Shown one piece after another: positions 10,301-17,160 of a stretch of DNA of 64,000 nucleotides. Source of the DNA: Aquabacterium sp. (GTDB lineage: Bacteria; Pseudomonadota; Gammaproteobacteria; Burkholderiales; Burkholderiaceae_C); contig NZ_JBASTH010000100.1 in assembly GCF_049274795.1 (NCBI RefSeq), positions 31,719-95,718 on the forward strand. Direction: 5' to 3'. Both the position numbers and the translations under genes were made by a program. Below the pieces are notes generated by a model. That model ran no database searches, was not told the DNA's origin, and saw nothing but the letters and a program-made list of their open reading frames with translations. The stretch's first letter is position 1. Every line of letters begins with the position of its first letter.

Positions 10301-11561
10301 CGATGTTCCAGGCCACCGCCGTATTGCCGCTGGCATCCATGGCGACCGCGGGTGTGACCTGCGGGTTGCCGGTGAGCACGCTGCCCAGCAGCCCTTCCAG
10401 CAGGTTGGCACCCGCCACGGTAATGCTCGCCGTGCGGGTGCCGGACGCATCGAACACGTCGAGCTTGACATGGGCATCGGCCAGCACCAGGCCCAGCACG
10501 CCTGGGTAGTACTCGAAATAGGCCACGGCGGTACGCCCACCCGCATTGCCCGCCACGGCCGAGCCGTAAGCGGTGTACATGTTGTTCACCGTCCCTGACA
10601 TGGTGGCATCGACACTGCCATCGGCGTTGTAGCGCTGGTAGGCCACGTCGCCACCGGTGTTCCAGATCGCCGTGAACCGCCCTTGCCCATCCATGGCCAC
10701 GCTGCGCGGCCCGGTGGTGTTCTCGGCCACCAGCGCAGTGGCCGTGTGGGCGGCGGTCTGGCCGCCATTGGCTTGCACCAGCAACTGCCCTGTCCATGTC
10801 TCCACGCCGCCCACGCCCATCAGGCCGGCCGCCTCGATGGGGCCGGTGTGGTGCTCGAGCACCCAGTCACCACCCAGTGCGGCATTGGCGCTGAGGTCAT
10901 CACTGGCCGCGACATCGGCCCCTGTCAGCAAGGCCATGTCGGCCACCAGGGCACGGCCGGCCGGCGTGGCAGCCAGGTCGCAGCCATAGAGCAGCAGGTC
11001 GGCATGCTCGCTCAGCGCCGTGCTCCATGAGGTGAGCGCCTGGGCTTGCCCGGCCAGGGTGGAAGCGTCGATCCGGGTGGTGCCAAGTTGCAGCCCCTGT
11101 GCATCCGCATGCGCCAGGATGTGCACGGCATCCATCTGGTGCATCGAAGCCAGCGTCGCGGTGATGAAGGCCAGGCCATCCTCACCCGCCGGGATCGCCA
11201 CGACCTGCAGGTCGCGCCCCGAGTCTTGCCGTGCAACCTGGCGCAGCGCATCCAGCAAGTCTCCGGCACCGTCCATGCTCATGTCCACAAAGGCCACTTC
11301 ATGGCGCACGGGCGAAGCAGCCGTGTCGGCTGGCGCTTCGGGCTGGGCGACATACCCCGCCGCATGGCCCCCGCTCAAAGGCGCCAGCATGTACTGCAGG
11401 CTCAGCGATGCCGCAGCAGAGGCGTGATCAGGCGGCTGTCCCGTGCTCAGCGCAGGGCAAGGCAAGCCCACGGCCTGGGCCAGGTCCGCGGAATAGAGCA
11501 ACCGTGCCTCGAGTTCTTCGAACACGAAGCGCGGGCCTCGACATCCAGTCGTTGCCGACAT
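4308..11561 (-). CDS. giant (2417 aa) cadherin-repeat surface protein with a DUF4347-like N-terminus and a CSLREA/right-handed beta-helix module
   Basis: The N-terminus has the EELEARLLYSADL motif plus GADLLLYGCDLAATPAG...GADVAASDDL..GGDWVLE, a DUF4347-type pattern. This is followed by W-rich repeats (AVAW/LLAW/VVAW...GS.GIF.R). There are about 10 cadherin-like ~100-aa repeats (V.V.DVNDxAPxITS...AxDADxP...YS..GGxDAAxFxID..TG.L.F). A VSLREALIAANNTPGVDTIRF segment is followed by PbH1-like G-N-x-I-G repeats, and two VNDAP Ig-like modules follow those. No Sec signal peptide and no GGxGxD RTX nonapeptides were seen. Confidence 0.85.
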   Translation of the reverse strand: MSATTGCRGPRFVFEELEARLLYSADLAQAVGLPCPALSTGQPPDHASAAASLSLQYMLAPLSGGHAAGYVAQPEAPADTAASPVRHEVAFVDMSMDGAGDLLDALRQVARQDSGRDLQVVAIPAGEDGLAFITATLASMHQMDAVHILAHADAQGLQLGTTRIDASTLAGQAQALTSWSTALSEHADLLLYGCDLAATPAGRALVADMALLTGADVAASDDLSANAALGGDWVLEHHTGPIEAAGLMGVGGVETWTGQLLVQANGGQTAAHTATALVAENTTGPRSVAMDGQGRFTAIWNTGGDVAYQRYNADGSVDATMSGTVNNMYTAYGSAVAGNAGGRTAVAYFEYYPGVLGLVLADAHVKLDVFDASGTRTASITVAGANLLEGLLGSVLTGNPQVTPAVAMDASGNTAVAWNIGNNVVLAWLDSAGTLLGSQVINAGAVASQVAVAMSPSGTVLSWTGGGDGVFAQFYDSSRAAIGSPVTVPQGSVGTQSESSLAVDGNGRALLAWTSTQDGSSDIFGRWFSVGSGAALGAEFKLNTTTADAQTAPSVSMDSSGRAVVAWQSQGQDGSGAGIYWREILTDGTLGDPEVRVNTTTAGDQVRPSVASQGAQAVVVWTGTDTGISTGVFFQRQILAGNQAPIITSLGGGASAVVSMAENNTQVITITATDADLGAGQLSYSLAGGADAARFAIDAVTGVLRFLVPPDHDAPQDVGADNVYDVIVQVSDGSAIDTQAIAVTVTGVNDEVPRITSLGGGAAATVSIMETLTTVTTVTAVDADLPSTPLVYSISGGVDSARFVIDAATGAVRFVLPPDYELPVDADGDNAYELIVRVSDGTWHDEQAITVRVLDASSQLVVSTTADTNDTGLGNSFTIEQLNAQMGTDGAVSLREALIAANNTPGVDTIRFAFTGTAGSLGEYTIVLGSALPTITQAVVIDGLSQPGTGSHPLIVLDGNGVTGNGITLGATADGSTVRGLVIRGFNGDAIHIDAGSDNHVITGNYLGSFNADGSDAGAGKRNLSDGIESWGNQVRIGGATLSERNLIGGNAERGIYLDGLTAGTRVLGNYIGTDAAGMVSVANGWGVALAGLGTATIGGTGVGEGNLISGNTLGGVLAANQRTVLQGNVAGLDASGSAALANGGNGVEIRTLGASLVGGGDVGAGNVLSGNAGAGVAFYVSAVSLAQHVVQGNLIGTDRSGAVLRGNGTQGVLVAASNVMVGGVNPGEGNVIAGNGGAGIGMLSGVGGSFLGNSLYGNGAPGIDLGLDGPTANDAGDLDSGPNFLNNTPMLLTAVSNGTVTVVSGQVQVSALVLGVARVEFYASGGTGGQGQRYLGSTLVTPVAGTASFNVNNLAGVLDGEWVTATVTLAGDFLGTSEFSNALQVSFTNAQPQITSGGGGATASLSVAEGSSVVTAVTAQDADEPLQTLSYAITGGADAARFTIDATTGVLRFVAPPDRENPTDADADAVYEVIVGVSDGVGGADAQQLSITVLGVNEYAPVITSQGGGATGHVNVVQLGLDVTTVTAVDADRPAAVLNYSISGGDDALLFTIDAGTGALRFLAPPVWAVPLDSNGDNIYQVQVSVSDGQFTDSQLLSVAVLPSNLHAPSITSASAVDVTENSATVLQVTAQDLDVPVQRLSFSLQGGADAALFSIDTDTGELRFLQAPDHEQPLDADQDNLYEVSVLVSDGLLSTQQNLLLRVLDANDQAPVFTGGAAFVVAENTQAVTVLSAVDADATPPVGGLVYGLVAGQDAASFMVDAATGALRFASAPDHEAPLDADADNVYELTVQVSDGVFTTLRQLSVRVSDLNDTAPVFTGGALFSVNENSTLVGQITATDPDLPPGGALSFSLTGGADASWLRIDADTGVLSFASAPDHETPMDADGDNLYEVRVQVSDGQLSTWRDLVVRVDNVNEAPVAVNDRFVLDEDATLFGTRLDLLGNDVDVDSPALSMRLLQGPAHGTLNIEVDGSWSYRPDADYHGNDAFTYVASDGLLDSQAATVQLQINAVNDAPAMTAGVLNLAIGPQAQWTLSELTAQAADVEGDTLSIRVVQGPRHGQLSLDQAGVLRYQADAGFSGQDDWAYVVSDGQSDSAQKLVALSVSQPGPQPEPEEPVPQAPSPAPGFLPVLPAASSGLAPLTPLTPLTPTVATFSLLSPPMAADTVSALLSATERVPTSTGQAREGGTGDAPTDGESDVATALASEALSPLPAALPSALPTGLGLMLPAAAGPFAADGLPAAPALDFQIGLNMRPPFDAPTNGSTLLQLLERLNLDLKDRGRLTLQLQPIPGMQGGTFPTRIPFNAQSVEESRLVVLDSPVMQGSSVALSVGAVWWTARAAGLMTSMMVTVPAWRTIDPMPVMGGPVPPDADGDGDGSNGLDRGQVTDEQSVMEAQAADLFSSVDVLKGETEGIG

Positions 11562-11588
11562 GTCGACGACTCCCAGAACATAGGAACC

Positions 11589-12728
11589 TCATCGCAAGGA
11601 CAGCAAGGGGCGATCAGTATCCAGTGACGACAAACGTGGCACGGACAACTGGGACGACATGGAGAGCCGGGGCTCCTTCGACGTCAGGTATTGCTTGACC
11701 AGCATCCGCTCGGGGGCCTGTGAGGCCGTGGCCAGGCGTGTGGACAGCTGAGAGACGGGCCGCGCCTGGTCTGGCACCGTCTGAGGGGAAACAGCTTGCT
11801 GCACCCGCGTCGGCTGCGTGGCGGCGACGGGTGTCGGGAGTGTCTTGGGCGGCTTGGCGGGCAGTGGCGCCTTGGTGGGCGTGACCGCGCCGGGTTGCGC
11901 GGGCGCAGAAGGCGCAGCCGGCGGCAACGATGAAGCGAAATCCACCCGGCAACGCAAGCCCGAGGGGATGCGGTTGTCGGGATTGGGCAGTGTCAGCCGC
12001 ACGCGGAAACTGTTGGAGGCTGGGTCGATCACCCGGTCCACCAGCACCACCTTGGCGGACAGCGCGTTGAAGTTGGGCAGATCGGTGCGGATCGTCGCCA
12101 CCTGGCCCATGGCGATGCTGCCGAACTGCGAGGCCGGCACGATGGCCTCGACACGCAAGGGATCGATGCGGGCCACCCGCACCACCGGTTCACGCTCGAT
12201 GCGCTCACCTTCGGTGCGGTAGCGTTCGATGACGATGCCATCGAAAGGGCTGCGCACATCGCGCTGGCCCAATTGCGCGGCCGACAAGCGGTATTCGCGC
12301 TGGGCCACCTTCTGGGATTCACGGGCCTGCGACACCCGTTGTTCGGCCACACGGTACTCGGCATCGGCCTGGTCAACGGCCTGGTCGGAGACGAACTCCT
12401 GCTTGAGCAGATCCTTGGCGCGCTGCCATTTGCGCTGCGCCAGTTCCGCCGCGGCGATGGCCTGGCGCAGTTCGGCGTCCGCCTCGGAGCGTGCCTCGGC
12501 AATCGACACCGATGCCCGTTCGACCTGGGCAGACAGGCGTGCCAGCACCTGCCCGGACACCACCTGATCCCCTCGCTCGACCAGCATGCGTTCAAGCACG
12601 CCGATGAACTGGCTGCCGACATCGGCCACGCGGTCGGGCTCGACCAGGCAGCCCATCACCTCGGCATGCGCCGATGCCAGCACCGAGGCACTGGCCATCA
12701 ACGTCATCAGGGGTTTGAGGAAGGACAT
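11589..12728 (-). CDS. periplasmic adaptor subunit (membrane-fusion protein, RND/HlyD_D23-like) with a Pro-rich C-terminal tail
   Basis: It has a signal peptide (MSFLKPLMTLMASASVLASAHA), a lipoyl/coiled-coil/beta-barrel pattern (VSGQVLARL...coiled coil...VRSPFDGIVIERY...VDRVIDPASNSFRVRL) and a ~110-aa P/T/Q-rich tail. No cognate inner-membrane transporter gene lies next to it. Confidence 0.75.
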   Translation of the reverse strand: MSFLKPLMTLMASASVLASAHAEVMGCLVEPDRVADVGSQFIGVLERMLVERGDQVVSGQVLARLSAQVERASVSIAEARSEADAELRQAIAAAELAQRKWQRAKDLLKQEFVSDQAVDQADAEYRVAEQRVSQARESQKVAQREYRLSAAQLGQRDVRSPFDGIVIERYRTEGERIEREPVVRVARIDPLRVEAIVPASQFGSIAMGQVATIRTDLPNFNALSAKVVLVDRVIDPASNSFRVRLTLPNPDNRIPSGLRCRVDFASSLPPAAPSAPAQPGAVTPTKAPLPAKPPKTLPTPVAATQPTRVQQAVSPQTVPDQARPVSQLSTRLATASQAPERMLVKQYLTSKEPRLSMSSQLSVPRLSSLDTDRPLLSLR

Positions 12729-12908
12729 GTTCAGGCTTGGCTCACGTAGGCAATGCCCGCTTGAAAGCGAATCTGGTTTTCATCTCATGGTACTGATCGG
12801 CATGCCACGGCAAAACTTGAGCCCTTCTCAAAAAGACCTGGGCGCCAAGGCTTACCGCACAATTTGATGTTGTACCTTTATCGCGCTCCGTAACGCGGGA
12901 TAAAAGGC

Positions 12909-12944
12909 GAAAAACCCTGCTGAGCGCGCCAAAGGTGCAGGGTT
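12909..12944 (-). terminator. Rho-independent terminator downstream of the SecA-like gene
   Basis: On the minus strand an 8-bp stem (AACCCTGC ... GCAGGGTT, plus-strand arms at 12913-12920 and 12937-12944) is followed by TTTTTCGCCTTTT. Confidence 0.6.
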
Positions 12945-14980
12945 CAGACCCCGCCGTCGCGCCCTGCCCACGCCAACTGGCGCCGCATGGCCCACTGCAT
13001 CTGTAGTAAATGCCAGCGGCGCCAGAAGGCGCGGCGCCCTTCCTGGTGCTGGATCAAGCCGCACAGCGCCCTGGCCAAGGCACCCGCCTCCGCCTGATCG
13101 CCTGCGGCCACGCGCAACAGCCAGGCTTTCCAGCCCTGCGTTGCCCAGGCGTGGATCGCGTCGTCAGAACGGGCCAGGACGCATTCGAACGATCCTGGCT
13201 GCCCTTGCCGTGCCGACCGCCCGTACAGCTGTCGATCGATGCGGCGCGAGGCATTGAGGTGCGTGTTCACCACGTGCAGCCCGCCTTGCGCCAGCACGGG
13301 CGGCGTGACGTGGATGTCGGTGCCGCGCCCCGCCATGTGCGTGGCCACGGTGATCGCGCCAGCCAAGCCTGCCTGCTCGATCACATCGCGCTCGGCTTCA
13401 CCTTCCTGCCCGTCATGGCGCGCATTGAGCACCCGGTGCGCCAGCCCCTGCGCCTGCAGCACGGCAGACAGGCGCTCGGAATCGGCCACGGTGTCGGTGC
13501 CCACCAGCACGGCACGGCCTTGCGCCACCTGCCGCGCCACACGCTGCGCCACCAGCGCCCATTTGGCGCGGGCATCCGCGCACAGCGCCATGCCCAGATC
13601 CTGCCGGCGGCCAGGCTGCTTGAGCGGCACCTGCAGCACCGGCAGGCCATAGATGGCCAGCAGCTCGCGCCGCTCTTCCCACAGGGTGCCGCTCAGCCCG
13701 CACACGTGGTGGTAGCGGGGAAAGAACTCCTGGTAGGTGGTCTGCGACACGGTTTCCGTCTCCGGCGTGGCCACCAGCCCCTCCTTGATGCAGACCATCT
13801 GGTGCAGCCCGCGCGACCAGGCCCGGCCGATGGCCAGGCGCCCCGTGGGGCCATCGATGATGTGCACTTCGCCATCGCGCAGCAGGTAGTGCGCGTCTCG
13901 CTGCAGCACGTGCAACGCCGTGAGCGCCAGGCTCACCTGCTCTTCGCGGTAGCGCTTGAGCTTCCAGGCGCCTTGCAGATTGGCCGACAGTGAGGCCAGG
14001 CGCTCCTGGCCCGACTCATGCCATGTCAGCTCGTGCTGTGCCCTCCACTCGAAATCCCGCCCCGCCTGCATCTGGCGCGCCAGGAACAGCGAGAGCCGGT
14101 GCTGCTGCTCGGTCTGGCGGGATGGCAGAGCCTGCGACAGCACCAGGGGCGTGCAGGCCTCGTCGATCAGGATGCTGTCGGCCTCGTCGATCACGGTCAT
14201 GCACAAGCCGCGCAACACCACGTCCCCCTCCTGGCCCTGTGCACGCGCGGCACGATCACGCAGGTGGTCAAAGGCCACTTCCTTGGCCGTCACGTAGAGC
14301 ACGTCGTGCTCATAGGCCAGGCGGCGCTCGGCGGCGGTGCTGGCTGCGGTGATCCAACTCACCCTCAGCCCCAGCGCGACATACAGTGCAGCCCACTGCT
14401 CCGCATCGCGCCGTGCCAGGTAATCGTTGGCCGTCATCACGTGCACGGGTACACCGGCCAGCGCGGCCACGCCCGCCGCCAGCACCACGGTCAGGGACTT
14501 GCCCTCCCCCGTGGCCATCTCGATCAGCCGGCGCCCCAGCATCCACCAGGCGCCCGAGAGCTGGACATCGTGCACCTGCCAGTTGCGCTGCTGTGCCACG
14601 CGCAGGCACACCAGGCCCATCGCCCGTGCGGCCAGGGCATCGGTGAAGCCTTGCACCGACAGCGCGGCCCTCAGGCGGTCCACGTGCTCATCCAGTTCAG
14701 CCGGCGCCAAGGCTGTCCACCGGGCCTGCGCCTCGCGCACGCTCTGGACGAAGCGTCGCGTGCGCCCCGCCGACGGACGGCCAGGCATGCGCCACCGCGC
14801 CTGCAGCCAGGCCCAGGTCGGGCTGGCCGACAACGCGGGCACCTCGCGCTCCGGATAGGCCCCCAGCACGGAGCCAGGCACGGGCAGGTGCGCCCCCAGG
14901 GCGATGCGCTCGGACCAGATCGCGTGAGGCGTGAGGTGCCCAGCGCGAGGCGACTCGGCCTTGGCAGGCAGCGGTGTCAT
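12944..14980 (-). CDS. SecA-like DEAD-motor ATPase, truncated (678 aa, no helical-scaffold/wing C-terminus)
   Basis: It carries SecA hallmark motifs: Walker A EMATGEGKSLTVVLAAGVAALAGVPVHVMTANDYLARRDAE, Walker B/DEAD VIDEADSILIDEACTPLVLS, and NBD2 VLVGTDTVADSERLS...RVLNARHDGQEGEAERDVIEQAGLAGAITVATHMAGRGTDI...RIDRQLYGRSARQG. The protein ends about 90 aa after the second nucleotide-binding fold. Its start overlaps the upstream stop (ATGA at 14977-14980). Confidence 0.8.
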   Translation of the reverse strand: MTPLPAKAESPRAGHLTPHAIWSERIALGAHLPVPGSVLGAYPEREVPALSASPTWAWLQARWRMPGRPSAGRTRRFVQSVREAQARWTALAPAELDEHVDRLRAALSVQGFTDALAARAMGLVCLRVAQQRNWQVHDVQLSGAWWMLGRRLIEMATGEGKSLTVVLAAGVAALAGVPVHVMTANDYLARRDAEQWAALYVALGLRVSWITAASTAAERRLAYEHDVLYVTAKEVAFDHLRDRAARAQGQEGDVVLRGLCMTVIDEADSILIDEACTPLVLSQALPSRQTEQQHRLSLFLARQMQAGRDFEWRAQHELTWHESGQERLASLSANLQGAWKLKRYREEQVSLALTALHVLQRDAHYLLRDGEVHIIDGPTGRLAIGRAWSRGLHQMVCIKEGLVATPETETVSQTTYQEFFPRYHHVCGLSGTLWEERRELLAIYGLPVLQVPLKQPGRRQDLGMALCADARAKWALVAQRVARQVAQGRAVLVGTDTVADSERLSAVLQAQGLAHRVLNARHDGQEGEAERDVIEQAGLAGAITVATHMAGRGTDIHVTPPVLAQGGLHVVNTHLNASRRIDRQLYGRSARQGQPGSFECVLARSDDAIHAWATQGWKAWLLRVAAGDQAEAGALARALCGLIQHQEGRRAFWRRWHLLQMQWAMRRQLAWAGRDGGV

Positions 14981-17145
14981 GCCCTCACATCCGAGAAGTG
15001 CTTGAGCAGCAATTGCCGCAGGCGCTGCAGCACGGTGTCCAGCAGGCTTTGCGGCGCCAGATCCAGCCGCACACGCGCCAGCCCACCCGCGCGTGCCAGC
15101 CCGTGGTTGAGCTGCACGTCCACCACATAGGTGGGCTCCATGGGGCGCAACCCTTCCTCGTCGGACGGATCGGTGGGCACACGTCCGCCCTTGCGGTCAC
15201 CCATGGTGGCCTGGGGCAGGCGGTCGGTGGCCGCTGGCACCTCGCGCAGCAGGTGCGCCGGCATCGCATGGCCCGGGGATTCGTCGAGCATCACCTGCAC
15301 CGTGCGCAAGCGGTGGCGCACGCTGTCGATGTCACGTTGGGGCACCACGGCACGGATCACCGCCGGCCGGTCGTTGAGCACATGGGCCAGCACCTGGCCG
15401 CGGTTCACCTGCAGGCCTTCGAGATCCTCCTGGCGGGACATCACGAACCTGCCGGATGTGCCCGCACGCAGCACATTGGCTGCCAGATCCCGGTCGACCT
15501 GGGCCAGCGTCGCCCGATCACGCGCCAGGGCTTCCTGGGCATTGCGCATCTTCAAGGGCTCGCTGCCGAACGAGGCGTTGAACTCGGCTTCGGAGCGTTC
15601 GATTTGCGCCTGCAGCACTTCGCGCTGGGCACTGAGCGTGGGGGATTTCAGCGACACCAGCTTGGCGCCCTCTTCCACCGGCGTATCGCTGCGCGCCCAC
15701 ACCGTTTCGACCTCGCCATCGGCGGCGGCCCGCACCAGGGCATCGTCAGGCAACCAGACCATGCCCTCCACCACCATCGACGAAGGCAACGGCACCAGCA
15801 TCGCGGCAGCCCCGCCCAGCACCACCGCCCCGCCCACGGCCGTGACCAGCCGCCCACGCAGCGCCGTGACGCTGGGCTGGGATGCCAGCGCCTGCGTCCA
15901 CGCCCAGATGGGCTGGGCGAACAGGGTCCAGAAGGACCACGCCGCCACGCCCACGCCCAGCCAGGTGGCCTTGTCGGCCGCCCAGCTCACGATCAGCGCA
16001 CTGACCGCGACGCGGTACACCCACGAGGCCGGCGCATACAGCCACAAGGCCCAGCGCTCGAACGCGTCGGCCGCGGTGACGTTGTTGTCGAACGCATCGC
16101 GCCGCACGCCCAACAGCCCCATGAACAGCATCCGCCAAACCTGTCCCATCGTGCGGCCGCTTCGGCCCGCAAGGTTGGGCAGGTCCAGCGTGTCGCACAG
16201 CACATAGTAGCCGTCGAGCTTCATCAAGGGGTTGCCGTTGAACAGCAGCGTGGACAGGCCACCCAGGCTCATCACCACGAAGCTGGCTTGGCGAACCCAG
16301 CCGTCTTCGACATTCAGCCACACGATGGCTGCCAAGGCCGCCAGGGCCAGCTCGACCCCGATGCCCGCCACGCTGATGCGCGCCCGCTGCCAGCGGTTGA
16401 CCAGCCGGTTCGACGAACTGGCATCCACATAAGGCATGGGCACGAACATGAAGAAGTTCACCCCCACCTCGGGCACCTCGCAGCCATAACGCCGCAGCGC
16501 CAGTGCATGCCCCAGTTCGTGCAGGGCCTTCATCAGCGGGTAGATCACCCAGGCCGCGGCCAGATAGCCCGGCGACATGAAGTAATGGCGACCATAGGCC
16601 AGCACTTCGGACAGGTTCACCAGCACGGCCCAGGTGGCCCCGATCACCAGCAGGAACCAGAAGGCCGTGGCCCAGCTGTTCCAGAACAGCCTGCCCAGCG
16701 GCACCAGGCGCTCGAGCATGGCCGAAGGGTTGAACAGTCCCAGCCTGAACGACAAGGGGTTGAGGCGGGCGCGCTTTTCCTTGCGATGGCGCTCGTGGCC
16801 ATCCTTGACCAGTTGCCGCACATCGGGCGCCACCTCGGCCTGGATCAGGCCAGCATCGGTCATCTGGCCGAGGATGCGGATCACGTCGTGCTGCGAAGGG
16901 ACCTCGTCGCCCAACTGATCGAGCAACACACTCCAGACCTCATCCACGCTGTGCCGGCCATCGAGCCGGCCGACCAGCTCATACGCCTGGGCATTGACGC
17001 GGTGATAACGCCCGGTGGCCTGGTTGAACATCACGTACCAGGCCTGGCCGCGCGTGGTCTGCATGCGCACCGACACGTGCGGCTTGAGCCGCGGGTGCAG
17101 CGCCGAGATGCGGTACCAGTAGGGAGACAGGAGGGTGTCCTGCAT
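14977..17145 (-). CDS. fusion protein: PqqD-like (RRE) N-domain + M50/site-2-protease-like polytopic membrane metalloprotease + HlyD-like periplasmic adaptor
   Basis: Residues ~15-105 (HPRLKPHVSVRMQTTRGQAWYVMFNQATGRYHRVNAQAYELVGRLDGRHSVDEVWSVLLDQLGDEVPSQHDVIRILGQMTDAGLI) fit the PqqD pattern. An HELGH zinc motif (KALHELGHALALRRYGCEVPEVGVNFF) lies within multiple hydrophobic helices. The C-terminal ~270 aa have a coiled-coil/barrel adaptor pattern (LVSLKSPTLSAQREVLQAQIERSEAEF...RAGTSGRFVM). Confidence 0.7.
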   Translation of the reverse strand: MQDTLLSPYWYRISALHPRLKPHVSVRMQTTRGQAWYVMFNQATGRYHRVNAQAYELVGRLDGRHSVDEVWSVLLDQLGDEVPSQHDVIRILGQMTDAGLIQAEVAPDVRQLVKDGHERHRKEKRARLNPLSFRLGLFNPSAMLERLVPLGRLFWNSWATAFWFLLVIGATWAVLVNLSEVLAYGRHYFMSPGYLAAAWVIYPLMKALHELGHALALRRYGCEVPEVGVNFFMFVPMPYVDASSSNRLVNRWQRARISVAGIGVELALAALAAIVWLNVEDGWVRQASFVVMSLGGLSTLLFNGNPLMKLDGYYVLCDTLDLPNLAGRSGRTMGQVWRMLFMGLLGVRRDAFDNNVTAADAFERWALWLYAPASWVYRVAVSALIVSWAADKATWLGVGVAAWSFWTLFAQPIWAWTQALASQPSVTALRGRLVTAVGGAVVLGGAAAMLVPLPSSMVVEGMVWLPDDALVRAAADGEVETVWARSDTPVEEGAKLVSLKSPTLSAQREVLQAQIERSEAEFNASFGSEPLKMRNAQEALARDRATLAQVDRDLAANVLRAGTSGRFVMSRQEDLEGLQVNRGQVLAHVLNDRPAVIRAVVPQRDIDSVRHRLRTVQVMLDESPGHAMPAHLLREVPAATDRLPQATMGDRKGGRVPTDPSDEEGLRPMEPTYVVDVQLNHGLARAGGLARVRLDLAPQSLLDTVLQRLRQLLLKHFSDVRA

Positions 17146-17160
17146 GATGCGCCCCGCGGC

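Noticed and set aside
12729-12943. Search for a small precursor-peptide gene in the gap between the SecA-like gene and the orphan adaptor (and in 18697-18814)
   Set aside because: Only trivial ORFs occur, for example a 7-codon ATG ORF. Nothing has an RBS and a leader-like sequence, so no precursor can be claimed from this window.
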